64,000 nucleotides of DNA from the human T2T-CHM13v2.0 reference genome, Homo sapiens (GCA_009914755.4 CP068257.2:20128001-20192000); one strand, 5' to 3'. Numbered from the stretch's first letter, positions 1-13,354 are shown. A program made the numbers and translations. The notes: generated by a model from the letters alone, not told the origin.

Positions 1-527
1 TTGACTGACAGTATAGCTGAGATCCCAACTGATAGCTAGTACCAAATCACCACCTATGTGAGTCAACCATTTTGGTAGTATGTTCTCCAGTTCTGAGATC
101 AATTGCTTTAAACTGACCTCTTGAATCAAAGGCAAGCTCCCTACTAAACCCTTCATAAGCCCTGCCCGAGGAATAGATACAGAAACAAAATAATTGTTGT
201 TCTTTCAGGTCAGTAAGTTTTCTGATTTTCTTTTAGCACACAGCAATGAATCATACAATCAGCGACTAATATATTGTGCTTTCTGTGATCTTTTAAAAAT
301 TTTTTTATAAATGGAATTTACTAGAATAATACCCTTGAAATGAGTCTTTAAATGTGAACAGTTGTCCAATGGTGGAAGGAGACATTCAAGGGGGGAAAAA
401 GGAATAGATTATGAAACATTTATTTTTGGAGGTTGCAATTATTTAAGAATAGCTAAAGCTGGAAGTCCTAAATAGGACACAGTAAAAGATGACATTGGTG
501 GTAGAAGCAGAAACCTTATGATGGAGG

Positions 528-528
<1 letters not shown>

Positions 529-568
<40 letters not shown>
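529..568. repeat. (TATC)10 tetranucleotide microsatellite
   Basis: Ten perfect tandem TATC units read directly from the sequence. Confidence 0.95.
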
Positions 569-721
569 CCCTTTCTACTAAGGTTAGATTTGATTTTGAA
601 GGTAATACAAAATCATAAAGGACTTTCTGCAGAGCAAGAGATAGTTGGATTTGCATTTTAGGAATATTTCTAGAGACAGTGATGAAATATCATCACCAGG
701 TATATATATCATACATACTCT

Positions 722-761
722 AACCGAACCCGAACCCGAACCCTAACCCTATCCCTAACCC
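722..761 (-). repeat. Short interstitial telomere-like hexamer tract, (CCCGAA)3(CCCTAA)(CCCTAT)(CCCTAA) on + strand, i.e. degenerate (TTAGGG)n on - strand
   Basis: Six to seven consecutive hexamers 'aaccc g/t' read directly; the TTAGGG-type periodicity has a G-to-C variant in the first three units. Confidence 0.75.
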
Positions 762-3400
762 AGTTAATAGATGCCTGGTAGAGATCTGACACAAAAATAT
801 TAAAACTTGTAATCAAGTGGATCTGACTATTAATTAACTGTGAAGAGTGAAGGTAATAGAGTCTGAAAAACTTCAAATGAATGACTTGCCAGGTAATAGA
901 GCAAAGGGCCAGACTGGGAGGGGTTGAGCAATAATACATTCAGCTTTGCCCATGTTACACCCAGTCACATTCTTCTTCTTACTTAATTTCTCAGACCAAA
1001 ACCTTGGGCACATCCTTGCTTTTTCTTTCTCAGTTACAACACTCTGAAGAATATCAAGTATGATTACATTCCAAGTCAAGGATACATCTTGTCACCTTCA
1101 CCAATGCATCTTAGTCTTCAAACTGTCATCAGTTGCAAACCGATAAAGCATGTGTGTGTTAATGTTCTGCCCTTTACCATGAAATCAATATTGTTGGAGC
1201 TTGTTGAATGAGAAAAGTACTAATGGAAGATGATGTCAGAAAGACAAGATTGAGCATGAGTTGGCTTTGCAGGCTATAGTAAATCATTTGGAATTTATTT
1301 TATATTTCAAAAGAAGTTACTGAAGTCCTTTCACTAGCCAAGCAAAGCATCTGATGATGTTTTTCAACAAATGCTGCTGTCTGGAGAACTGAATGTAGGA
1401 TGGCAAGGATAAATATAGCTAGAAAACTCTTTCTGTAATGTAAACATGAGGCTGGTAATTCTTTTTCCTTTGTCAAATCAAACTCATTCCAATCAAGGCA
1501 CCGTCCTTGTTTATTTATTTACCTAGACGGTCTTTTCCTCAGAGTTTCATGTCTTGTCAATAAGATGTAGGACATATCAAGATCAAAGAGTTCTTCTTTC
1601 AGCATATCCTTCCAAAAGTAGCTTTTTGTCTTGTCATACATTGACCGATATTTTTCCTTTGAATTTTCAAAGCACAGAGCACTCTAAGGAGTTAAATTAT
1701 TTACTTAATTGTTTCTATTCCACATTTTCCCATTAGAAATGTAAGGCATCTGAGGATAGAAAATATATTTTTCTTACTGACATCATATTCCTAATGTTCA
1801 GCGTAGTACTTGGAGTGAGATTTGTATTCATCATGTTTGTAAATTAGCTAATGAAAATAAAATAAGACATAATTTAAAATTTGGGAGATATTTGCTTGGA
1901 GAGAAAAATTGAAGGAGATTTTCTAAAATGAAGATACTGCTTTAGACTTGATGAGGGGGAAATTTTTGACATCCATCATCAATTTATGGATTTACAGTAA
2001 ATTAAATTATCTTTTAAAACATAGCAGAAAGTAAATCATCATCTTTAATAAAGAAGGGAAATTGAAGGAAACATGTCTCCATTGAGTATTAGACATTCTG
2101 TGAGGTACTTAATATATTTAAACTCATGCAAATCTCCAAGAGCCATGACTTTAAAAAAAATTCAGTTATTAATAAAATATTTATGTTTAAAGCATGAAGA
2201 GTTATATTTGTTAAAATCCATGTACTTATAGAACAATGAAAAAATCATGTGTAAAACACACAACATTCGGTGTACTCAGTTTTGACAAATATTTATCTTC
2301 TTTAGCATTGAAAATAGGAATGTAATTTGCATTTGGAAAAATATTTCTCGGATATATTGGTCACTAAACAATGAAATAACATGTCATGGTTGTTTTATGT
2401 TTACCTGTCTTGCAAAAAGCTAGATTTGACTAATAATAAAAATGTCCACTGTTAAAATGCCTGCAGAAACACTTTTCACATTAAATTATAACCAGATACT
2501 CACGTTCACATTGCCAGGGCATCAATAAAACAATTCCAAGTTTATAGCACAGAGGTACATTGTACCCAGTGTTGTTATTGTGACATATTGTGCTGCCTTG
2601 TGCTGTGTCATATTGTAATTCAGACATTAACATATGTGACTACCACTCTTTATGTAGAAAATACAGTGTTCTCATTTGTTCCAAAAATTGTAATATGCAT
2701 ATTTCAAACTACAAAATATATCTATTTTCACGGTAGTATCAATTATTTATTGAGCTTCTTCATAATATACTAGTAAGCATATTTTAAATTAAGTTGTGAA
2801 AATAATGAATAAATAAATAAAATAAAGAAAGAGCTGCAAGTTGCTGAGATTCTGGGACATGTGAATATGTTATCTCAGTAAAGCATGGCCTGTGCAGTAT
2901 TACTCCAGTTCCTTTCTATTTATGTTCCTCAGACTTGATTTTTTTAAGCTTTAAAATAATTAGTTTAAATATTTTGTCAAACTTTAGAAAACACTTCTTA
3001 TAGACAAATTGTTGGACAAAGAAAGGAACAATAAGAAGCTGTGGGAAGTAAAAGTAATATTTTGGGAGTCAAAATTGTCATTTCTCTGTGCTAAGATTGA
3101 AGATGTATACACATTATCGTCAGCATTCACACACTCACTCACACACACACACGCAATTTGTACCTTAAAATACTATACAAAATAAAATTGGTGCCTAGGA
3201 AGAGATATAGAGTTCAAACATAATTCTCCCATAAATACATCCCCATTACTATTTTAAATATGAACTCTCAGGAGGATTATAGTGTTGGGGAAAAATGTCA
3301 AATCAGCAGGTGAGCTGTTGAACTTTCAACTCATTATTAAATAAAACCAGTTTTGGTTTTTATGTGTTTCACACTTTGTTCATCCATAATTCCCTTTGAA

Positions 3401-3575
3401 CTAGGGGTTGTGGGACTGTTGTGGGATGGGGGGAGGGGATAGCATTAGGAGATATACCTAATGTTAAATGACCAGTTAATGGGTGCAGCACACCAACATG
3501 GCACATGTATACATATGTAACGGAACTGCACGTTGTGCACATGTACCCTAAAACTTAAAGTATAATAAAAAAATG
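3401..3575 (+). mobile_element. L1 (LINE-1) extreme 3' end fragment: 3'UTR plus A-rich tail, heavily 5'-truncated
   Basis: The stretch 'gggactgttgtgggatggggggaggggatagcattaggagatatacctaatgttaaatgaccagttaatgggtgcagcacaccaacatggcacatgtatacatatgtaa...acttaaagtataataaaaaaa' matches the primate L1 3'UTR terminal region. Confidence 0.75.
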
Positions 3576-6500
3576 AAAAAATAAAATTGAGAAAATCCAA
3601 ATTATTTGTGGAATTCAACATTAACCTAAAAACCGAAAAAAAAGACAATGTAGGATATAACTGAAAGACAAAATGATAAAATCTAATAATCAATATTGTA
3701 TTATCTTTTAGCATAAATTAATAATCTTGAGTAAGGTTGCTAATATATATTTCAAATGATACATTAAGATTTAACAAATAATTAAAATTTTTGGGAAGGG
3801 TTATAGGAAATTTAAATCTATTATTTCTAATTCATTGATACGTTTAATTTAAAAACCTTTAGTCTCTCTACTAATACTTCCATTTTAAGAAGGAGATGGA
3901 CACTCATAGAAGTAAAATAATATACCCAATGTTACACAGTTAATTAATTGTTGGAGATATTTCAAAGCAGCTCATAAATGCTTCAGAGTCTATTCTCTTT
4001 GACTACATTACACTGCTATCAAATTTCATGAAAAATCTCAAAAACTTGTGTTACAGTAATTAATTCAGTTAAATGGATACTTTTATTTTCTCCAAAGTTC
4101 CTTCAACTTTAGAGAGACCAAAGTAATTACATAAGTGAAATATCTGGAAGAGTAAAGAATAAATAATAAAAAATGCTTCAGGAAAGGAATATTTTACTAG
4201 AGTATTTACCATGTCTTTAATTTGTAGTTATCGAACATGAAAATACATGGGAAAGACTTGGAGACCTTTCATAAGAGACCAAATATAAAAGTAATGGAAA
4301 ATATAATATGTAAAGAAAAAGTAGAATTGATAATACCTTGCCTGAAAGGCCTAGACAGATTTAATAACTATCCCAGAACATGTAAATCGTTATGCTTATT
4401 AGAATGGTTCCAGGCATTTTACAGGGGAAGCAACAGAATAAAAGAGCTGTATGGTCTTAAAGAATGAGAAAAAACATCCCCTGCCTCTCCCCTGTAACTG
4501 TATCATTTGATTTGAATTTTTTTATTGCTTCTAGAATTCTTCATAGAACAGTATCTGGAAAAGAATAGTACTATAGATAAGAAAACATATATTACGGTGG
4601 TAATTTTTTAACTACCTGTGTGACATTTTATTGGTCTGAATTTTACGTGCCTCATTTGAAAAGGGATAAAGCTGAACTATAACAATTTCTTTTGATCTTT
4701 TTGAGTCATGGACATTTTGAAAATTTGATTAAAGTTATATCTTCTCTCTATAAAAATGACTTGCACTTTGTATTTTACTTTTAATTTCAGGAATACAATG
4801 ACACCCTGTAGCTCATTCATGAGTATGTCCTAGAGGTTCCTGCTAGTTAAATAATTTTAGATTCAGAGTCTAAAATTGCATACAATTCTAACATTTCCTG
4901 GTCTGCTATATTATCACTATTTGGATGTTTAGATATATTTTTGCTAGTATCTCTTTTTTCTAGTAATAACACAAGCAAAACTTCCCTGTTAAATAATTAA
5001 GCATTGATCAATTTTCTAATAATTTCACTGGAATAAGAGTGAAGAAATTCAGTCTACTTTTACATTGACTCCTTAAGTGTCTGGCACTGACTTTAACATA
5101 AAACAACACACAGTAATATATTTGAAAAAATCTGTTGCTGAAACATTCATGATAGTTTATCTTGATTAAAAGACTCACTGTATTATGTGTAATTTTAATC
5201 ATTATATCTTTCTCTATTAATTTTTCCATATCCCTTTTAAAATGAGAGCACTGAATAAAATGTCTCCCTTCAACTGTAAGTTTTATGATAAATTGAACTT
5301 AAAATTTCAGAATCCCTCTCATGTACACATTTAATCAATGTAGTCTGGATCTTATTTATTCAGTTTAACCCCTCATTTTTAAAAAAATGTTCACTCTCCT
5401 ATTTTCAATGACATCATGTTATTATATACTTATTACATAATCGGTTTATTTTATTCCTTTAGAGCTACTTATCCTCCTTTTGTTTCCCAATTTGACGCAT
5501 TCCAAGAGCTCCGTTTTTGAGTATTGCTTCTTTTGGCCTTTTTCTTTCCCTTAGAGATTTTATTCATTCTCATTTTTGTTCCAACGTTCTACATTTATTT
5601 TGTCAGCCTTGTTTTTGTGCTTTACTTCTAGAACTAAGAACTCAGTAAACTGCCAAAATAAATAATCAAATATCCCTGTGGCTTAACACAGCAAACGTAT
5701 ATGTTTTGCTCTTCCTACATCCAATGTAAATTTGCTAAACATGCAACTCTCTAGGACGGCGCTTTTTAAAGAACTGAGATACAGGATATAGGTATTCCAT
5801 TAAGTGGTTCCAACATCCTTCAAAAATATGGAGCTCTCCACAGACTCATTTCCACCTTTCCAGCCTTCAAGAGGAAAGAGGGAAAAAGAAAATTTAGGTA
5901 ATAGACCAGGAAGAGAGATGCCTCATCTCTGCCCATATTTTATCAGCCAAAACTTGATCCCATGGTTTCATCTTTCTACAAGATGGTGGTTGTAGGCCAG
6001 AAAAGAATAGTTTAGCTTTGTGTATAGGATTGAAAAAATGACTTGGTGAGCACTTTGGAGACTCTGCATTGCAGTGCTTCATCATCCTTTAATTAAATCA
6101 TTTCCTTCCCATATTGGTTGTCTCTGAATTAGTGCACCTCTTTTATTATTTTAATATGTTCTCAGCAACTGGCCTTCTCCATCCATTCTGCATTATGGCC
6201 AAACACTTCCTTTGGCTTCTCTCTGTTTGTTTCATACACACTAGTCTCCCTGGATAATTCCAAACTGGAAATATAGAGGAGCTCCTTGACTGAAAGACCT
6301 GTACCTCAATGACTGAAGTCCTCTGTAGTACCGAGCACATGTATGTGCTCTTCCATTACACTTTCATTTTCTTCAGTTTCAATCAGCCTTCTGGGTTTAT
6401 CAAAGGCCTTGGTGAAGGACCATTTGATACCTTTGCCTAAATCTTAGAAGGGAAATGTGCCTTGATAAAAGAAGGGTCAAAATGAAGAAGAACATTGTAT

Positions 6501-7340
6501 TATGGAAATTAGGGCTAATCTTAATCACTGGATCCTTTAAAGTACAGAAATACCTTCTTACAAGGTAATCAAAGGTAACTAATAAATAGAGATAGCTCTG
6601 TTCCTCAGTTCTGCATTTTAGCAACAACCATGCTGAACAAGATGGTTTTAATGTTCTTTTCAGCTTGACTAAATCTTGGACAGACTTCTTTCTGATTCTA
6701 AGACCCTAAACTCTCATTTCTTAAAGCATATAGTTTTGACAACATGTAATTGCAAGTTCTTCCTCTGCTTCTTTGAGATTTCAAGCTGTTTCAAAAGGAC
6801 TGTCTTTTTCAAGGACCTGGGAGCCTTCCCTTTGAAATGTAATCATTAAGGAAGATAGAGCCCCCATCTCCCAGTCTCTATCTGAGCACAGAAGCCTAAA
6901 TCTAAGTTGTAAATTTTCCTTCAGTCATAAAAAGAGAGTTTACATTCTGCAAATAATAAGCCATTATTCTAAGTGAATCAACGCAGTAACAGAAAGCCAG
7001 ATACAGCATGTTCTTACATATAAGTGGGAGCTAAACACCAAATACATGTGGACATAAAGATGGAACCCTACAGACTACTAGAGGGAGGAAGGAGGAAGAG
7101 AGGAATGGGCTGAAAAATTACCTGTGGGGTACTATGCTCACCCGCTGGGTGATGAGATCATCAATACTAAAACCCAGCATCACACAATATACCCATCTAG
7201 CAAACCTGCACGTGTACCTGCTGAATCTAAAATAAAAGTTGAAATTATATTTCCTTTGAATGAGGCTAATTTGAAAACACACACGGCTTATAATCTACCA
7301 CCCCAGCTCTTCAAAACTCTCCAGGCTTTTGCTGCAGCAG

Positions 7341-7700
7341 AGTTCAGTCCATACTGCCTTTTGTTTTATCTTCCCTGTTGCAATAGTCTTGAATAAAATC
7401 TTCCTTAGCGTTTTTATTTTGTCAGGTTTAATTTTTCCTTGAGACTATCTGGGGACTTTCCTAATTCTTGGTGCTTCAGACTTCCTGAATTCAGTTCAGA
7501 CTGCCTTTTGTTTTCTTTCCTGTTGCAATAGTCTTTTGCAACAAGAAAGATAAATCTTCCTTATCTTTCTAACTATGTACCTTTTAATTTCCCTCGACAC
7601 TACTTGGGGACTTTCCTAATTCTTTGCCCTTCAGACTTCCTGATTATATACTCTGCTCCTGCCTCTGCAGAAATAGTCTTTTCTTATTTTTTTTACCTTT
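7341..7700. repeat. Tandem repeat with a ~152 bp unit in about 2.3 copies
   Basis: Copy 1 (7341-7492) and copy 2 (7493-7647) both run 'agttcagactgccttttgtttt...cctgttgcaatagtctt...cttcctta...ggggactttcctaattctt...cttcagacttcctga'. A partial third copy follows with 'ctgcctctgcagaaatagtctttt'. Identity is roughly 80%. Confidence 0.8.
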
Positions 7701-8168
7701 CCAGAAACAGAACTTAAGTTCTCCCACCTTGTTTGCCTCCTCTTTCTGTGGCCCTTGTCTTTGTAAGACTCTGACCAATGGCTTCATTAACTTTAACTTC
7801 ATATATTTTCTATTTTGGACTAAGTGTCCTTCCTGGCCTGCTGCTTCCACAGGTGATGGATTAGGTGCGTGGGTTCAGCTTCCTTATTGTAAGATCTTTT
7901 CTTTCCTTTCCCACATTTGTAGACACACTTGTTGCAAATATTCTTCTACTTAGCACATTTATCTTACCTGTTTTGTCCTATTTTCTTTAGATTCCTGAGC
8001 CTTTACTTAATATTTTCCTGAATTAAAAATGGAAATGTGCGTATCAACTATCAGAGATGCTGGAACATAAAAAGTAATAAAGTGAAGCTATTTGTGGGCT
8101 ATTACTTCACTGAGTTGGATTCTTCTCTTATTCCCACTGAGTATTTCAGTGGATTTCTGAACTGAAGA

Positions 8169-8265
8169 ATAAACTAATCCATAATTCATATGAACTAATG
8201 AATAAACTCATTCATAATTCATAACCTAATAAACTAATTCATAATTCCCATGATACATTGCAACA
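8169..8265. repeat. Minisatellite-like ~33 bp unit in 3 copies ('aataaactaatYcataattca')
   Basis: Three successive similar units read directly from the sequence. Confidence 0.55.
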
Positions 8266-11185
8266 AGAAGAATTCCTTTCATCTTTTAACTTTTTGTGTT
8301 ACCGCATTTACTACAGGTTTTCCATCTCCAGACATGCTTACTTTACAAGTTGCAATTTTTGAATGCAGGCAGAATAAGATATATTGATGAGGGGAAAAAA
8401 GAGGGAGCGAGATATCAAGATGGACTACAAAAAGTATTATATCCTCCCTACAAAATAAGTATCTCTGTTGTGGAAGAATAAGTACACAGTTTTAAGGTAG
8501 ACTTTGGGTCTTTAAGACAAGTACTAAAATTTATGTTTTTTTTTTATTCAGTCCTGCTGATGGTCAGGTTTTCTCAGAAAACATAATGATGTAATGTATC
8601 AATCCAGATCCATTGATCAAGCTGAACTCTTTCATGATTATTTTTTGTTATGAAAAAAATGAATTATTCTGCACAGAGAGAGAATATTATAACAATCTTC
8701 CAAATATACATCATTCAAATGATAAACAGTCTTCTAAACTTGTTTGATATCTTTTTAATACCTTCTTTGTTTCCTCACATGTTTTTTTCTTTTGGTGATA
8801 AAATGTCTCAAAAATATCTCAGACTTTATGGCCTTCCACTTTTCATATGTAAATGTAATGTCATCATCATGCATAGCTAAAAATGTATAATAATTCCTTA
8901 ATATCCAATCTATACAGTAAACTTTTGATAGAATTTAAGTTTTTTCAGAGGTTGGTGCAAGGTGATTTAAATCGAGATGTTTAGAGTTCTAATGAGGGCA
9001 ATGTCTGTTTTGTTTGACAGCCAGGGTGAATCATTTTTTAGCATCCTCCTTGTCTATAGGACAACATTATTTTCTGGGCTATTAATAAGATGAAATAAGT
9101 GTGAATTATGGCAAAAAATTTGCAGGGTGAGAATTTTATGTTTCTGAATTTCATATATGTAGAATTATGAAAGAAAAATTCAAAAAAATATAAAATCTGA
9201 AAGGAAAATAATGGATAGTTTTTAATTGCAATATCTTTTTAAAAAGGAAAAATATATGATGTACGGATTTGTTATATTTATAAATATTACATTTTTTTTC
9301 AGCCTTAACTTATGTGAATTTATCAATCACTTTATCAAAGTTGATCTTCTTCATGTCCTATAGCTATTATAACCAGATTCATCCTTCTTCTTTCTCTCCT
9401 TGTTGGTGAAAGAATACTTATTATTAATTTTAGTTTTGAAAATGTTCTATTACACGAAGAAACAAGGAACACAAATTATTAACAAAAGTCTTCAATATAA
9501 AGATGAGTTTTGCAGAAGTTTATAAATATCCTATTTGAAATACATATTATAATGTTGTTTTCTTTCTTGCTCTTACAAAATTTCCCATAAAACATCTTCA
9601 ACAGAAAATACACCATGAATTTTAATGATATTTATTAAAATATTGTTACTTTTTTGTCTTTTATAAAAATTGTAGAAACAGCTGAATAATAACAAATATT
9701 GGCATTATTAATTCATCAATTTAGAATGAGTATCCATTTATTAAAGAGAACAATCTAGGCAATAAACCATCCCACTTTTAAAAATCTTTGACTATATAAG
9801 ATGAGCACCTTTTTCAGTTCTCTTGGTCTTCTTCTTAGCAACTTGATTCTACTTTTCTTTGGAAGGATCCATTCCCTTAATGTTGTGGCTGCACAATGTC
9901 CTACTCCACAGTTTCCATGTACTAATTTTCAAAGATTGATTTCAGCTTAGTGGTCCACTGTATATTTTTTTCAAGACTAATTCTGGCTACTTGCAAATAT
10001 ATTTGGCTTCTCATTAACCTCATTTAAATCTTTACATTAGGGGAAAAAGATAACTCATAAAAGAAAAATTGCATACAGTTCTTGCACACAGAATTATGCA
10101 ATTATTTTGGGGTTAAAGATACAAGATGAATTTAAGGAAGGTCAAACAATTATGAATTCTTACAAATTTCCTCTCAAGATGAAAATGTGTAGGTGAATCT
10201 CCTTGCATTCGGGGTTGACTATATAACTAGGGATTCTTTGAATTAAATTTCCCATAGAATATAATGTTGATTAAATGATAAGTAATACAAACTTCCAAGT
10301 TGTAACTGACAGATGTATTATTAAAACAACATTAATCACAGCAATTGTTTATAACTTAGGCTAACAAATATATCTTCTGATATGTTTTAGCATTGTCAGC
10401 TAGTATGAAAATAAGAAACAGACATTTAGTCAGTTTCATTATTGTTTTAAATTTCTCCACATAAAATATACCCCCTTATTGCCTATACCCAGAGTAGACT
10501 ACTAGTATTCTACTACCTCCTACTAATCTACTCTTGGCATACAATCGGATGAGGGTCCATAAGCCTTCCCTTGGTTTTACTGTGAGAAACTAGGAAAGAC
10601 TGAATTAGGACGGCTAGTGGGTGTCTCATCAGCTCTTGTAAAACTTCCTGTTGCTGTCTTGAATCTCTCCTGCATTAAGTCCACTTCTTACACTGAACCT
10701 AGACTTTGAAAAACACAAATCTGTTCACAAATCTTCTAGTCACTTCCCTCTGCCTGGAGCAAAAAGTTTTGAACTCCTTAGCACAGTATCTCCCCTGACT
10801 TCTCAACTCCTTACACTAAATCTCCACTTACTCCCTCCCCTACCAAGCACAATCCTTCCGTCTGCCAGAACCCACCAAGTTCATTCATATCGATGAGTCT
10901 TTGCATGGGCTGCTGGCTTTCATTTACTAAGAAACTTCCTAATTTTGTGGCAGGGCTAAGAAAATTATTTTTCAAATTTAAGACTCAGAAAAGACTCCTA
11001 TTTGAGGAAATTCTTGATTCATATCACATAGAATACTTTTATCTGGGTCCACAAATTTAGAATCATTTCCTATTCTGCTTTAAATCTTTAGTATGAAGAA
11101 TATGTATACCACATGTGCAAGAAATGCTTTTTGTTTCAAAAAATATGAAATGGGATTCTGTTCAAGCAAAACACATTTAGATTTT

Positions 11186-11549
11186 TTGAGGGTATTCTTT
11201 TTTTTTTATTATACTTGAAGTTTTAGGGTACATGTGGACAATGTGCAGGTTTGTTACATATGTATACATGTGCCATGTTGGTGTGCTGCACCTATTAACT
11301 GGTCATTTAACATTAGGTATATCTCCTAATGCTATCCCTCCCCCCACCCCACAACAGGCCCCATGGAATACTATGCAGCCATAAAAAATGATGAGTTCAT
11401 GTCCTTTGCAGGGACATGGATGAAGCTGGAAACCATCACTCTCAGCAAACTATCGCAAGGACAAAAAACCAAACACCGCATGTTCTCACTCATAGGTGGG
11501 ATTTGAACAATGAGAACACATGGACACAGGAAGGGGAACATCAAACACA
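11186..11549 (-). mobile_element. Short L1 insertion with inversion (twin-priming architecture) on the - strand, flanked by a 16-17 bp TSD
   Basis: Positions 11198-11358 are a T10 run plus the reverse complement of the extreme L1 3'UTR ('...attatacttgaagttttagggtacatgtg...ctaatgctatccctccccccaccccacaacagg'). Positions 11359-11549 are L1 in the opposite orientation and match the ORF2 end and 3'UTR start ('ccatggaatactatgcagccataaaaaatgatgagttcatgtcctttg...ctcataggtgggatttgaacaatgagaacacatggacacaggaaggggaacatca'). The two pieces are contiguous in L1 apart from about 8 bp missing at the junction. The flanking direct repeats are 'aaacacatttagattt' at 11168-11184 and 11544-11559. Confidence 0.75.
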
Positions 11550-12124
11550 TTTAGATTTGTATAAAAACTTTCAGAGGTTATTTCAACATGAAAATCAGTA
11601 ACATCAAAAATGACTTTAGAAATGTTTTAAATATATAAGACTCACCTACTATCTTGAAAAGCTTATTTGCTATATTCTGGCTGTGCTAAATAACAGTATT
11701 CCTTCCAACTTTCTGTATCTCCCTATATTTTTATTCATTTTTATTGCCTGTTTCTTATCATTTTCTATGTATCTGTGTTTACAGGTATATAAATAATGAG
11801 TTCCTAGAAAGGAGAAATATTCCTTTTCTTTTTGAGTAAAATAATAAAATATTTAGAGATGACGTGATCTAACCTATGAGATTTGCTTTAAAATAATATG
11901 CTAGAGCATAAGTGGATGAGGGTATAAATGAAACAAGATTAATTTTGTGTTGACATTTATCAAAGCTGTGTGAGAGATCCGTGGGGATCCATTATATAAT
12001 TTTGCACATGATTAAAATTTTTCATAATACAAAGTTTTTTTAAAAAAATAAAATGGGTGTATATGTGTGGATGTATGCATGCATACATCACAAATTATGG
12101 GAAATTTACATAATATAAAGGTAA

Positions 12125-12178
12125 TACACACACACATACACATACGAAGAGAGAGAGAAAAAAAGAGAGAAAGAAAGT
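12125..12178. repeat. Compound (CA)n/(GA)n microsatellite
   Basis: 'acacacacatacacatac' is followed by 'gaagagagagagaaaaaaagagagaaagaaag'. Confidence 0.85.
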
Positions 12179-12856
12179 GCACAAGTGCAGTTTTGTGCCT
12201 AGAATTATGCTCATGACTGCAAAATTCATCATGGCTAGTACAGTGTCAATGAACAAAATCTTAGAAATCTTCAAAAATGGAGATATATACATCTTCACTA
12301 CTATTTTACTTTTGTCCTCAAAACCTGTATGTTTAACTAAATCCAGGTTTAGAAAAAGAGCTTAGTCCTAAGTAGGGTGGAATTGATACAATGTGAATGA
12401 GTATATAACTTAATCTACATTCAGTATAAAGTATTTTAAAGACCCCTAATGTGCACAGTGTACTTTTGCTATGTGCTGAGTTCATAGTTGATGTCACAAG
12501 ATGATAGGCTGGAAACCCAAGGAGTTCACAGAATGGTGGCACTGAAGGCATTTGCAGTCCTCCTGTCGCTTTCTCCAGAAAATATTTTCAGCATTTGCTA
12601 GTCCAACCTTGTGTGTATCTCCATCATTGTAGTGTCCTCATTGTGTTAGAGTTGTATTATGAGTTTGGTACAAAAGTAGTTGTGGTTTTTGCCATTGAAA
12701 GTAATGGAAAAACCTCAAGTACTTTTGCAACAACCTAATGTAATTAAATAGTTCACCAGAACGTAAAGTCCTTGAAGATAGGGATAATAAATTACATCAT
12801 TTCCACCTTTGTTGCCAAGAGTCTAGTGCATAGTATATTTGCACCAAGATGATTGA

Positions 12857-12894
<38 letters not shown>

Positions 12895-12971
12895 ATGCAC
12901 ACACACATATGTATAGATACATACACATATACATATATATACATATATCTATATAAGTATATATAGATATG
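12857..12971. repeat. Compound microsatellite: (ATCT)9 followed by imperfect (CA)n/(TA)n
   Basis: Nine perfect ATCT units at 12857-12892 are followed by 'atatgcacacacacatatgtatagatacatacacatatacatatatatacatatatctatata...'. Confidence 0.9.
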
Positions 12972-13230
12972 ATGTACCTTAATTTTTTACCTTACACTTT
13001 AGAGATTAGAAAGAATATGTTCAATTGCCTACACCTTCTGTGATTTAAAAATTCAAAATTTTATCACCTATAAACTAGTTATAAATTTTATTGTAACAGC
13101 AATTATTATACTTTCTTAAGTATAACATTTAATTGTTAATTACAGAATATAGAAATTACAGGAAAGAGCATAATAAGGTACTCAAAAGTCAAAAAGGATA
13201 TATATTATACCAACTTGTGTATATATATAA

Positions 13231-13354
13231 GTTTATGCAACAGGGAGAAATATATGTATATATGTATATTTCTCCTTTATGCAACAGGGAGAAATATGTG
13301 TGTGTATATATATACACATATATATGTAAATATATTTCTCCCTGTTGCATAAAC
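13231..13354. repeat. AT-rich palindromic structure: two direct copies and one inverted copy of a 23-bp motif, plus a short inner palindrome
   Basis: 'gtttatgcaacagggagaaatat' occurs at 13231-13253 and again, minus the leading g, at 13276-13297. Its exact reverse complement 'atatttctccctgttgcataaac' lies at 13332-13354. The segment 'ggagaaatatatgtatatatgtatatttctcc' (13243-13274) is itself a palindrome. Confidence 0.85.
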
